DNA of 64,000 nucleotides, taken from contig CAYGLK010000002.1 of NCBI GenBank assembly GCA_964350985.1, positions 64,382-128,381 on the forward strand. Reading direction: 5' to 3'. This DNA is from an uncultured Candidatus Saccharibacteria bacterium. GTDB taxonomy: Bacteria; Patescibacteriota; Minisyncoccia; Phycocordibacterales; UBA918. Of this stretch, positions 8,495 through 18,301 are shown piece after piece (position 1 is the stretch's first letter; every line of letters starts with the position of its first letter). The position numbers and the translations under genes were made by a program. The notes under the pieces are model-generated. The model worked only from the letters and a program-made list of their open reading frames with translations. It searched no databases and had not been told where the DNA came from.

Positions 8495-10714
8495 TTACTC
8501 TAATCTATCTTCATTTGTTTTTAACAAATCTTTTGAGCGCACCATATATGAGAACAAAAGCATAGCGCCTCCGACCATCATGAGAACAATAATTTTGTTT
8601 TGCATTCCCATAGTCGAAATATCATACAAGATAACCTTTACTAAAGTTATTCCCAGTAAGAATAAGCCAAGTAATTTTTCTGAGTGATATTTCTTTCCTA
8701 ATTTGATTCCTTTATACAGCATAAAGATCGCTATCGCTGCCCACCATAAGGTAGTTGCAATTGCTCTTGGACCCCCGTCAACATGAGCGATGTTTAAGTC
8801 ATTTGCGATAGCTGAAATGATGTAATTACCGGTAAGAAGTAAGGTGGTAAAACCAAATATTACAAGAATAAACGAAGGTCTTTTTATCACTTGTTCTAAT
8901 TGTAATTTTCGACTAATCCATAAGCCGATAAACAGAATTGCTGTCGCAAATATTCCATTAATCATCACCCAATCTGTCGGAGCGTCTGTGTGAGTAAAAA
9001 TGTAAGTATCTGTTGGTGCTGGATAAATACTAGATACTAAGTAGAAGAATGTCGTAATGAAGCCTAGAGCAAACCAACCTAATATAATTCTCAGTATAAA
9101 TGATTTTGTACCATGAGACATATTATTTGGTTTTGAAACTTGAACATAAGCTAGGTAGCTAAGTAGCACTACTGGCGCTAAATAAAAGAACAAGAAACCA
9201 ATGTCAAGATAATCAACAAATTCAGCCAAAACAAACATTGCAGCAATGATAGTCCAGACAAATGAATAAATTGTAGCTACCCCAAGAACACTTTGATCTT
9301 CTCCATTTTTAGCTACTAGGTAAGCGCTCATCGCTGGCAAAAGCGCTACTACAACGACCAATGCCTGCCACTCTAAATCTGCTGTCAGAATGTGGTGCAA
9401 AGAAAGGAGTGAACCGACCAGAGAAACTACAATATAGCTAGTAAACCTTTCTATCTTTCCAGAATCCAGAATATATAAGATTGCGAAGACTAAACTTGAA
9501 TAAGCAATAAGAATACTTGTGTAAACGTCAAATTCTTTGAAGAAAGTAACGATAGCCAAGAACGCAGATAATAGACCGGCTGCATACAAAGCCAGGTGTT
9601 GAATCCTGGACTTTGTTCCCTTCAAGAAGTGCCAGCCTGAGAAACAAGAGACTGATATAAGGGCGAACAAAATACCGACAGTTGCATCTGAAACAGAATC
9701 AAGATTATCAATATTGTAAGCAAACCAGATAACCGGAGCAATATAACCAAGAGAGAGAAAGCCTTCATCTTTTTCATCGAACTTTTTTGTAGAGAGTAAG
9801 ATACTCCACATAGAGAACACTACTAGTGCCAAAAACAAAATGGACGTAAATATCTCCCCTGTAAAAAAGTTTTCTGGACGAACTGCATTTATTGAGTCAG
9901 TAGTCGATAAGCGCCAAAGAGTTGAGACGCCGAGGAATAATCCAATTATATTTAACGGAATAACATCGCGAACTGATATCTCCCTTCCCATCAAAAATAC
10001 CGCTATGTTAACTGCAAAGAAATATATGAGGTAGGCATTAAACGAGATGTTATCGACCCACACATCATTTTGACCAATAACAAATGGAGTAATATAGGCT
10101 CCAATCATTCCCAGAATCAATATAACTTTAGAATTCCTTTTTGAAGCAAAGTAAGAAACAGCAATAGTAAATAATACAGCTGTAATAAGAGTAACGACCT
10201 CAGGAATCATTGCTGTCGCCAGTTCTGTTGTTCTAGAACCATAGATCAAAGTACCGTAGAGGAGTAAAACACCAGAACCAATACCAATGTCTGTAAAATA
10301 CCGCATCTTTTCAGGAAGAGAGAAGGAACCACCAATTATAGCCACACTGAAGAAAAAGCCGAGACTGATACGGATTTCCATTGGAAGATTTACCCAAGCA
10401 TTTGCATAAATTAAATATCCAAAACCAATGATAAGTAAGATAGCTCCAGCGATAGGTATGAATTTTTCAATAATCATATCCATCGTTATATTTTCACGAG
10501 CGAATGATTTATCTTCTGTTGCAGGCTTTGGTTCGGTCACTGACTCTGAAACAAGCTGATCTACTGTATTTATACCCAACTCAGCAAAAGCAGCGTTGAT
10601 AGTAGTTATTGAATAATCATTGTCTAACAATATCTTGATGATATCTTTTGCTTTAGCACCTGCTTGTGTATTTTGCTTGATGTAATCAAGCAACTGTTGA
10701 CTAACGTTATTCAT
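8495..10714 (-). CDS. Large polytopic membrane protein (about 20 TM segments) with a soluble N-terminal domain; function unknown
   Basis: 739-aa ORF; the hydrophobicity pattern is visible in the translation. No catalytic motif recognised. Confidence 0.55.
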   Translation of the reverse strand: MNNVSQQLLDYIKQNTQAGAKAKDIIKILLDNDYSITTINAAFAELGINTVDQLVSESVTEPKPATEDKSFARENITMDMIIEKFIPIAGAILLIIGFGYLIYANAWVNLPMEIRISLGFFFSVAIIGGSFSLPEKMRYFTDIGIGSGVLLLYGTLIYGSRTTELATAMIPEVVTLITAVLFTIAVSYFASKRNSKVILILGMIGAYITPFVIGQNDVWVDNISFNAYLIYFFAVNIAVFLMGREISVRDVIPLNIIGLFLGVSTLWRLSTTDSINAVRPENFFTGEIFTSILFLALVVFSMWSILLSTKKFDEKDEGFLSLGYIAPVIWFAYNIDNLDSVSDATVGILFALISVSCFSGWHFLKGTKSRIQHLALYAAGLLSAFLAIVTFFKEFDVYTSILIAYSSLVFAILYILDSGKIERFTSYIVVSLVGSLLSLHHILTADLEWQALVVVVALLPAMSAYLVAKNGEDQSVLGVATIYSFVWTIIAAMFVLAEFVDYLDIGFLFFYLAPVVLLSYLAYVQVSKPNNMSHGTKSFILRIILGWFALGFITTFFYLVSSIYPAPTDTYIFTHTDAPTDWVMINGIFATAILFIGLWISRKLQLEQVIKRPSFILVIFGFTTLLLTGNYIISAIANDLNIAHVDGGPRAIATTLWWAAIAIFMLYKGIKLGKKYHSEKLLGLFLLGITLVKVILYDISTMGMQNKIIVLMMVGGAMLLFSYMVRSKDLLKTNEDRLE

Positions 10715-10876
10715 AAGCTGAAAAGTTATTATATTATTTTGCTCCGATACCTTAATTGTATAACAATATTGAATTTTAAAAACAGTCTAGGCCTGTATAT
10801 TCTCTTGACACAAGGATGCCTTTATTATGAAGAACTCTCAAAATTGACCACTTGCTAATGTACAATATCAGTATAT

Positions 10877-11716
10877 ATGTTACATAAATCTAAGTTTTTT
10901 AAGTGGTTACTTATAATAGTTGTTATTTTAGGATGCTTATATTTAGCTTTGTTAGTTACATTTCAGCCATCGCACGATAGAGACTGGGAGTTAGGACATG
11001 AAAAATTACCAAGCATTACTTATTCAGCGACCAGCAGTAATATTACTGTTGATAATTTTCGTAACTTTAATTGGAATGAAGTAAAGTCAGCTGACATTAG
11101 TTATGAGACACGGGAGTATGATCTAGAAAAAATTACAGGTGTCGATGTTTTCATTTCTCACTTTGATGACTTTGAGGGCTTAGCGCACATTTTTCTCAGT
11201 TTTGGGTTTAGTGACGGTGAACAACTAGTTGTTTCAATTGAAACCAGGCGTGAGTCTGACGAGACATTCTCTCCATTACTGGGTATTCTGCGCCAATTTG
11301 AAATTATCTATGTGGTCGGCTCAGAAGAAGACCTAGTTGGTGTCAGAACCGGTCACCGTAACGAGAGAGTTTATCTCTACCCTACTAAGGCCACTCCAGA
11401 ACAAGCTCGAGAACTATTCGATTTATTGGCAATTGAAATTAATGAAGTCTATGATTCACCCCGAATGTACAACACCCTAACTCGTAACTGCACCAATGAA
11501 TTGACTCGTCCGGTAGAAAAAATGTCAGAAGTAAACTTTCCTTTAACCTGGAAGACTGTTTTACCAGGATATTTTGATGAGGTCTTATACGAGCTTGGTT
11601 TGATTGATACTCAAAAACCTTTTACAGAGATTAAGTCCGACCAACTAATTGATAATGATGACGTTGACGTAAATAGCGATACTTATAGTGCTGACTTACG
11701 AAACTCTCTGCAATAG
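10877..11716 (+). CDS. DUF4105-like (Lnb N-terminal periplasmic domain) protein with N-terminal TM anchor
   Basis: 279 aa; N-terminal TM helix; RNCTNEL motif typical of DUF4105. Confidence 0.5.
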   Translation: MLHKSKFFKWLLIIVVILGCLYLALLVTFQPSHDRDWELGHEKLPSITYSATSSNITVDNFRNFNWNEVKSADISYETREYDLEKITGVDVFISHFDDFEGLAHIFLSFGFSDGEQLVVSIETRRESDETFSPLLGILRQFEIIYVVGSEEDLVGVRTGHRNERVYLYPTKATPEQARELFDLLAIEINEVYDSPRMYNTLTRNCTNELTRPVEKMSEVNFPLTWKTVLPGYFDEVLYELGLIDTQKPFTEIKSDQLIDNDDVDVNSDTYSADLRNSLQ

Positions 11717-11814
11717 TTAATCTACAGTTGTGATAGTTGTAAGTGTTATTTTCTATCAATTGGTAGCTTACTGGGTTAAAACTTTAATTTTAATAATTTT
11801 GTTATAATTAAAAT

Positions 11815-12507
11815 ATGAAAGACATTAAATTAGACTTTAGTGACCTTAAGGCTTTATTTATTAATTGTTCCATCAAGCAGAAAAAGGAACTCTCACACAC
11901 TCAAAAATTGATAGATAGAGCGGCTGGCATAATGTCAAAAGAAGGTGTTGCCGTTGAACACATCTATCCACTTGAGCACAGTATTGCTTTTGGAATGATT
12001 AAAGACGGCGCAGAAGAAGGTTTGAGTGATGAGTGGCCAATGATTCAGAAAAAAATCATGGACGCAGATATTTTGGTAATCGGAACTCCTATCTGGCTAG
12101 GAGTAAAATCAAGTGTAGCTACTTTAGTGATAGAACGTATGTACGCTTATAGTGGCGAGAAAAACCAGAAAGGACAATATGCGTATTACGGAAAAACTGG
12201 TGGCTGCGTAATTACCGGCAACGAAGACGGTGTAAAACATTGTGCTATGGATATTCTCTACGCCCTGCAACATATTGGTTATACTATCCCACCACAAGCA
12301 GACTGTGGTTGGATTGGCGAAGTCGGTCCTGGTCCTAGTTATGGAGATACAGAATGGAAAGGAGAAAAAATTGATCCACCAACAGGCTACGATAGTGAAT
12401 TTACCAACAAAAATACTACTTTCATGGCTTGGAATCTAATGCACGCAGCACGCCTACTGAAGGACAACGGTGGAATTAATGCTGTTGGCAATGTTGCTGA
12501 AGACTAG
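11815..12507 (+). CDS. Flavodoxin-fold NAD(P)H-dependent FMN reductase-like oxidoreductase
   Basis: 230 aa; ILVIGTPIWLG and CVITGNEDG flavodoxin-like motifs. Confidence 0.55.
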   Translation: MKDIKLDFSDLKALFINCSIKQKKELSHTQKLIDRAAGIMSKEGVAVEHIYPLEHSIAFGMIKDGAEEGLSDEWPMIQKKIMDADILVIGTPIWLGVKSSVATLVIERMYAYSGEKNQKGQYAYYGKTGGCVITGNEDGVKHCAMDILYALQHIGYTIPPQADCGWIGEVGPGPSYGDTEWKGEKIDPPTGYDSEFTNKNTTFMAWNLMHAARLLKDNGGINAVGNVAED

Positions 12508-12582
12508 AAAGATGTTACTAACGCAACAAATATAAATCCGGAGTATCAATAGTTTTCACCACTTTCAAATAAATAACGCTTA

Positions 12583-12834
12583 ATGATATATTATTGCTAT
12601 ATGAATGATAATGATAAAGGCCTAGAAAACGCCGTTGAAAACTTAGAGGACAGAATTGAAAGAACGAATGATCCTAAACGGGTGTTTTTCTTTGGAATAC
12701 TTTCTGGCTTTGGCGGAGCGATCGGCGCCACAATCTTGTTTGGCTTGGTAATCACAGCAATATCAACTCTCCTCTACAAAACTGGTCTCTTTCCATCTTT
12801 CAATGAATTCCTAAATTCATTGATGCAAAATTAA
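12583..12834 (+). CDS. Small hypothetical protein with C-terminal TM helix
   Basis: 83-aa ORF; the start may be at the internal MNDNDK. Confidence 0.3.
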   Translation: MIYYCYMNDNDKGLENAVENLEDRIERTNDPKRVFFFGILSGFGGAIGATILFGLVITAISTLLYKTGLFPSFNEFLNSLMQN

Positions 12835-12854
12835 TAAAGCTCTGAGGTCTAGAA

Positions 12855-13073
12855 CTAAAGTTTTTCTATTTCTTTTAGATCTCTGTCTGGAATATAAAGT
12901 AGAAGAATTCCAAGGACAATTCCAACCAATCCTGTCCAGTGACTATACTCACCGAAAATGACAACATCTATTGCATCGAGAACATACCACACTCCCCGCC
13001 ACACCATGACAAGGCCGATGATAATAGATAATGTTCTAATAAAATATTTTATATCTTTATGTTTTTTCTTCAT
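12855..13073 (-). CDS. Small two-TM membrane protein, unknown function
   Basis: 72-aa ORF ending 2 bp before the cyclase gene start. Confidence 0.4.
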   Translation of the reverse strand: MKKKHKDIKYFIRTLSIIIGLVMVWRGVWYVLDAIDVVIFGEYSHWTGLVGIVLGILLLYIPDRDLKEIEKL

Positions 13074-13075
13074 AA

Positions 13076-14989
13076 TTATTTTGTTTTAAACTCAAAAACT
13101 CCATTCCAGTTTTTCGGCGGATTTTTAAGTAAGTCTTCTGAACGTTCCAAAAATACTTTACTTGGACCATCACTTGGGTCAGCAACTAAAGCAATTTTAA
13201 ATTCAGTCACAGCTTCAGTAAAATCACCAGACTTATAGTGTTCTCGGCCTAGTGCAAAGTGTTCCAAGACTACTTTTTTTGCTTCGGTGAGAGGCTCTGT
13301 AATTAGTTCATAAATCCGTCTTGGCTCAATCTTCCCTTTCACCATTACGTCATCTAACTCACGAGTTGGTAAATGAGATAGTCCTTTAATAGCTTCATAA
13401 GTAGTCTGTCCGATTAAACAATAAACGCCGTACTGTTTTGTTAAGCCTTCAATTCTGGCAGAAAAGTTTACCTCGTCACCAATAATTGAGTAATTGAATC
13501 GGCGCCTTGAACCCATATTACCAACCACCACTTCTCCGGTACTGATTCCAATACCAATCTTGAAAGGTGGCTTATTTTCTTCTTTCCAGCGTTCATTTAG
13601 CATGTCTAAAGCCCTCATCATACCCACGGCACTCTCGCAGGCATTCTGTGCATGTAGTTCATCAGATAAAGGAGCGCCCCAAAAAGCCATGACAGCATCT
13701 CCAATATACTTATCCACTAAACCTTTTCTCTCCATAACCGCCTCTGACATCTCTTCCAGGTATTCATTCAATTGATTCATTAATTGAGATGGGGTTAGTT
13801 GTTCAGAAATAGTGGTGAAGCCACGAATGTCTGAAAATAAAATAGACAACTTTCTCTCCTCTCCACCCAAGACCAACATTTCTGGATGATCAGTAATTTG
13901 TGCTACAACCGAGGGTGCGACATATTGCTCAAACCCACGACGGATAAATCGTTTTTCATTGGACTCAAAGACATACTGTAAAAGCAGTAAGGTTCCAGTA
14001 GTTAAGATAAAAAGAATTATCTGATATAAGTGAGGCACAATCCATTCATAGGCAAATATTGTGTAGGCTCCAAGAACAATACTTCCACCAACTAGAAGTA
14101 GTAGTAGGTAAATCAGTGGCCAGGAACGACCAAATGAAATAATTAAAAATAGCGACAAGGCAATGACTACAAAAGTACTGATACTTATATATGTAGGCAA
14201 CACCTCCATACGGATCCCTTCTCTTAGGGTATTGATAGTATTGGCACGAATCTCAACTCCGGGCATTGCGCCAAATGGCGTCTGAAAAACATCGCCAAGG
14301 CCAGCTGCACTAGCGCCCACTAAAATAATTTTGTCAGCAAAGATACTTTCGTTTATTAATCCCGCATGCACGTCTGCATAAGAAAGAGTAGTGTATGTTT
14401 TTGCTGGTCCCGAATAATAAATAAACAACTCTTCTTCAGTTTTTATGTCTCTTGTTACTTCTGAAACTCTAATATCAAAACTAGGAACTTCGTTACGATA
14501 CAAAATAGCATTACGAACTACTCCGTCTCGATCTGGCTTTGTATTTACAAAACCAGTAATAGCATTTTCAGATAGTTCTTTAAGGGGCTCTCTTACTAGT
14601 CCGCTTTGTTCATCGATAACTTGAGGAATAACCACCTTTCCAGAAAAATTTGAGATGGCCGCACCAAATCTTTGATCGTCAGCTTCGCCACTAGCTGATT
14701 TTTCTGAAAAAATAACGTCAAAACCAACGACTTTAGCTGAATTAATTTGATCAAGTAACTCAGCATGGACCGCACGATCCCAAGGCCATTGACCGATAGT
14801 TGCCAAGCTGGATTCGTCGATATCAACAATAATAATATCCTTAGGTGCTGATGTAGGTGCTAGAAAACGATCTGTTAGTTGGGCTTGAAGATTATCAAAC
14901 CAACCAAAATGATGTGTCACCACTACAAAAGCAACACATAAGACTGTAGATAAGAACAACCAACCTGTTCGCTTGCGTTGTCCAAACAT
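13076..14989 (-). CDS. CHASE2 sensor-domain class III adenylate/guanylate cyclase with C-terminal TPR-like region
   Basis: 637 aa; N-terminal TM plus CHASE2 (IIVDIDESSL..GQWPWDR), TM bundle, then cyclase core LSILFSDIRGFTTISE and YIGDAVMAFWGAP. Confidence 0.8.
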   Translation of the reverse strand: MFGQRKRTGWLFLSTVLCVAFVVVTHHFGWFDNLQAQLTDRFLAPTSAPKDIIIVDIDESSLATIGQWPWDRAVHAELLDQINSAKVVGFDVIFSEKSASGEADDQRFGAAISNFSGKVVIPQVIDEQSGLVREPLKELSENAITGFVNTKPDRDGVVRNAILYRNEVPSFDIRVSEVTRDIKTEEELFIYYSGPAKTYTTLSYADVHAGLINESIFADKIILVGASAAGLGDVFQTPFGAMPGVEIRANTINTLREGIRMEVLPTYISISTFVVIALSLFLIISFGRSWPLIYLLLLLVGGSIVLGAYTIFAYEWIVPHLYQIILFILTTGTLLLLQYVFESNEKRFIRRGFEQYVAPSVVAQITDHPEMLVLGGEERKLSILFSDIRGFTTISEQLTPSQLMNQLNEYLEEMSEAVMERKGLVDKYIGDAVMAFWGAPLSDELHAQNACESAVGMMRALDMLNERWKEENKPPFKIGIGISTGEVVVGNMGSRRRFNYSIIGDEVNFSARIEGLTKQYGVYCLIGQTTYEAIKGLSHLPTRELDDVMVKGKIEPRRIYELITEPLTEAKKVVLEHFALGREHYKSGDFTEAVTEFKIALVADPSDGPSKVFLERSEDLLKNPPKNWNGVFEFKTK

Positions 14990-14992
14990 ATT

Positions 14993-16309
14993 TTATCTTG
15001 TATAAGTAACGGCTCCTTCTGGACTAACTAGCTCAATTTTTTTAATTTGACTGAAGGTTTGATCAAATACATGCATTAAGCCATTGTTGATGCTCACAAA
15101 TTCATTTGTCTGACCATCAACCAAAACTGTTTTAACAGCTAAGAACCCTGAGCCTTTCAGTTCAATAAAATCTTCCGGCGAGTCAGTTACCCCGGCCATG
15201 ACACTGTCAATTTTTAAGCTGACAGTATTATTTATTACTGAGAAGGCTTCAGCTAAAAACAACTTTTCTCCATCGTAGTACAGAGTAATATCATAAGAGT
15301 CAGTATCAGTCGGAAGCTCAGCTCCTTCAATGGTCATCGCACCAGTACTTGTTACCAAAAACTCTACTTCCCTTTTATCAATCACTACTTTTTCAATCAC
15401 TGATAGAAAATCTCCCCTTAGAGTCAAACGAGTACCTGTTTGCCCCTGATCCAATACTTTAGGTGAAACTGAAGTCACGGTTACCTTTTGAGCTACTGGT
15501 TCTTCTGGCTTAATAGTATTAGTTGAATTATTTTCAATTGGCACAACCGGAGGATTTTCATTTTGAGTTCCCGATTGATTTGGGATTGGATCGACTAGGT
15601 TCACTTCAGCTTCAACTGAATCTTCAGTATTATCACCAGTTTCTGGATTGTGCTCGTAATACCAATCACCTTTATCTTTATCAGTAATATCCCGCACTTC
15701 TATTTTTCCATTCACATAAAGTGCAATCTTTCCTGCCGGAACAGCGATAGTAGAAGACTCATCAATTTCTCCAGTCTCTGGATCAATCAAACTTACCCAA
15801 ACAGTCCCTTCCGTAACTATTATCTGTGAAGCTGGTTCTGTGAGAACACCAAAAGAAGTTCCTCGCACTGCCGCTACCAGAGTTGGGGTGTGCACTTCAT
15901 AAACTTCATCTTGTTCTAAGGCTCGATTTATTTTAGTCCAGGTCTGCCCGGCTGCTAGTTTCAAAATAGTAGTGTTGTTATCTTGCCCCAATTCAACGAC
16001 CAGTTCTGAATTACTATTTAGTGAAGTTAAAATATCAGCATCCTGAGTCAAAATAGCTCGACCAACAGCTGAGGTTTTAACCTTGTTTCCGTTTACAACC
16101 TCTTGCGGAGTTTCAATAACTTGCCAATCAGATTCTTCAGCTGAGACAGAGACATCTGCAGACAGCGGTTGCAGCATTACAGCTGAGCCTGACTCCGTAC
16201 TAATAGCATTATCATCTAAAGTATCGTTTTTTGGTGTCGGTTCAATAAAAATTAGACCTAGTGTTAAAAGAATAATAATTACCGCCCCACCAATCACTAC
16301 TTTTTTCAT
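14993..16309 (-). CDS. Secreted FecR-domain protein with Ig-like C-terminal repeats
   Basis: 438 aa; signal/TM; FecR-like core YEVHTPTLVAAVRGTSFGV; 3-bp gap to the cyclase gene. Confidence 0.55.
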   Translation of the reverse strand: MKKVVIGGAVIIILLTLGLIFIEPTPKNDTLDDNAISTESGSAVMLQPLSADVSVSAEESDWQVIETPQEVVNGNKVKTSAVGRAILTQDADILTSLNSNSELVVELGQDNNTTILKLAAGQTWTKINRALEQDEVYEVHTPTLVAAVRGTSFGVLTEPASQIIVTEGTVWVSLIDPETGEIDESSTIAVPAGKIALYVNGKIEVRDITDKDKGDWYYEHNPETGDNTEDSVEAEVNLVDPIPNQSGTQNENPPVVPIENNSTNTIKPEEPVAQKVTVTSVSPKVLDQGQTGTRLTLRGDFLSVIEKVVIDKREVEFLVTSTGAMTIEGAELPTDTDSYDITLYYDGEKLFLAEAFSVINNTVSLKIDSVMAGVTDSPEDFIELKGSGFLAVKTVLVDGQTNEFVSINNGLMHVFDQTFSQIKKIELVSPEGAVTYTR

Positions 16310-16482
16310 AAAAAATACTTTAGCTGCTTTATTAATGGTTTGATTATATCATTTCTATAAATATTTGACTCAAATCTCTTAAAAAGTAGGGATGCCAAAC
16401 CTAAAACCAGGGCTTGGAATAAATGTCTTTTCCCTCTATAATAGGCGCTAACCACAAAAGTGGTGACAATTTGAACGAAGTG

Positions 16483-16634
16483 AATATATTGGAGGATTGG
16501 CTATGAAATCTAATTTGTTTTAGATTTCATCCGATCGTTCCCCAGAACGAATAATCGATGCTTTAGCGAGATTATAGGGAGGGTAACGAAGCCAATCCTA
16601 TCTAAGATCAGAGTGAATATATTGGAGGATTGGC
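16483..16634. repeat. 23-nt direct duplication (gtgaatatattggaggattggct) of the tRNA 5' end plus leader, with an inverted 10-nt copy (agccaatcct) in between
   Basis: Copies at 16483-16505 and 16612-16634; the inverted fragment sits around 16580. Confidence 0.55.
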
Positions 16635-16710
16635 TGAGTGGTTGAAAGCAGCAGTTTACTAAACTGCCGAACCTTAACAGGTTCCGAGAGTTCGAATCTC
16701 TCATCCTCCG
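16624..16710 (+). tRNA. Type II tRNA (Ser-class architecture) with apparent anticodon ACU (loop TTACTAA); unusual A34; no encoded CCA
   Basis: Acceptor GGAGGAT/ATCCTCC, D-loop AGTGGTTGAA, anticodon stem GCAGT/ACTGC, variable arm GAACCT-TAAC-AGGTTC, T-arm GAGAG-TTCGAAT-CTCTC. Confidence 0.65.
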
Positions 16711-16717
16711 CGAGTAC

Positions 16718-16748
16718 AAAAATAAGCACCTTTAGGTGCTTATTTTTG
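16718..16748 (+). terminator. Rho-independent terminator after the tRNA (aataagcacc-ttta-ggtgcttatt plus T-run)
   Basis: Perfect 10-bp stem with flanking A- and T-runs. Confidence 0.6.
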
Positions 16749-16750
16749 TT

Positions 16751-17150
16751 CGCGGAGGATGAAGAAAGCAAATAGTTTTGCTTTCTGTAGAGATTCGAAA
16801 GCCGCAGGCATGTCTGCAAGACAGCCGAGGCGGGGTCGAGAGTCCTTACTAGAATTAGAGCAAAGCGAATAATTATAGTTAGTAACTCGTGACCGAATTT
16901 CTATCTCTATACAACCCATTTAGGGTTGTTTTTATTTGTGCGAGCGAGAGGATGAGTAAGACGCCTGCGCGTCTTACGTAGAGATTCGAAAAGCGCAGCG
17001 ATGCCGGAGGCGAGCGAGTTGGGGTCGAGAACATTTAGTAGATTTGGAGTCGTAGACGAACAAATATACTTAATGATTCGTGACCGAATCTCCAACTCCA
17101 TACAACCCATTTAGGGTTGTTTTTATTTGTGCGAGCGGAGGATGAGAAAT
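16751..17150. repeat. tRNA-linked repeat array B: inverted copy of the tRNA 3' tail, then two tandem units of about 195 bp, each ending in the terminator-like module atacaacccatttagggttgtttttatttgtgcgagcg
   Basis: cgcggaggatga is the reverse complement of tcatcctccgcg (16701-16712). Units span about 16751-16946 and 16947-17137. Each has a hairpin, T-loop-like gtagagattcgaaagc, a GC-rich core and ccgaat + acceptor-like tail. Confidence 0.6.
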
Positions 17151-17163
17151 TTAAAAAAACAAT

Positions 17164-18177
17164 CTAACTATTCAGCTCTTTAGTTAAATCTTGCAACTCT
17201 TTATCAAGAGCACTTACCTCATCTTCCAGTCTATCCATCTGGTGCTGTGCACGTCTAATGATAGATAAGTTATTTCTTTTGGTGTTTTGAGCCGCAATAG
17301 CTAAGCTACCTGACTCCTTAAACTTTTGTTCCGTATCTTTTTCTTCTGTTTTTGCTGTTTCAATTTTAGCCTCCAACTCTTTTGCTTGCTGTTCTAATAA
17401 CTCAATTTGCTGACGTAACTCCTCCTCTTTTGATTTTCCGAAACTATCTACTTTTTTAGTTTCATTTTCAAGAAACTTCTCCCTAGAACTTTCATCACGT
17501 ATTTTTCGACGAATTTCTTCTTCTTGCCTAATCTTAGCTTCATTTATTCTCTCTCTAGCAGCAAGGGCATTTTTAAGACTCATCACATGCAGCTTCATTT
17601 TTTCAATTTTGTCTTCCTCTTGAACTACCTCTTGCCTCAGATCATTTATCTTGTCCGTCTCAATTGCTGTAGCTGACTCTTCAGTTGATAGATTATCTTG
17701 CAGTGATTTTATTTTTTTCTTTTGTTCCTTTACTAAATTCTCATCTTTCACTAACTCCGCCTGGTTTTGAGCAACTTTTGTCTCTTCTTGAAGCAAGGTC
17801 CTACTTAGTTCTTTTATTTTTGTGGTTATGCTCCGGTGTGAATTTTCTAAAGCCGAAATGTCTCTTTTTAAAGTTGGTAAGCTGTTTTTTGCAGTTGTCT
17901 TTTCTCTGTCAGCCTGTTCAGCTTTTGTCTCTTCTCGTTTATTATTTTCTACAAACTTATCAAACCTGGCTTTTAGTGAAAGAAGGTTAGCTTTTTTTGT
18001 ATTTAAGGAAGCTTTAACTTTAGTTATCTTCAGCTCGACATTCCGCTTGTGAAGTTTTTTCTTTTGCTCTTCTTGCAAACGAGCTTTTTCTAGTGCCGCT
18101 TTAGTTTCTGCTTCAGCTTCACGGCGTAATTTAGCACGACCTTCAGGTGTATTATGTGAGGGACTAGGAGCAAACAT
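17164..18177 (-). CDS. Lys/Glu-rich coiled-coil protein, function unknown
   Basis: 337 aa, almost entirely heptad-like charged sequence. Confidence 0.5.
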   Translation of the reverse strand: MFAPSPSHNTPEGRAKLRREAEAETKAALEKARLQEEQKKKLHKRNVELKITKVKASLNTKKANLLSLKARFDKFVENNKREETKAEQADREKTTAKNSLPTLKRDISALENSHRSITTKIKELSRTLLQEETKVAQNQAELVKDENLVKEQKKKIKSLQDNLSTEESATAIETDKINDLRQEVVQEEDKIEKMKLHVMSLKNALAARERINEAKIRQEEEIRRKIRDESSREKFLENETKKVDSFGKSKEEELRQQIELLEQQAKELEAKIETAKTEEKDTEQKFKESGSLAIAAQNTKRNNLSIIRRAQHQMDRLEDEVSALDKELQDLTKELNS

Positions 18178-18301
18178 GTGAAAATTGTACCACAGTGTTT
18201 TTTATAATTTAAAATTATAAGGCAAAGCGAATTGGAATATAATTAATCAGAGCTGAATAAACTTTACTACTAAATAATAATGATATAGTTAACCTATACT
18301 T

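Noticed and set aside
16510-17110. Three minus-strand ORFs (69, 73 and 67 aa) overlapping the tRNA and array B
   Set aside because: They overlap a tRNA gene and tandem repeat units on the opposite strand. These are chance ORFs in repeat DNA.
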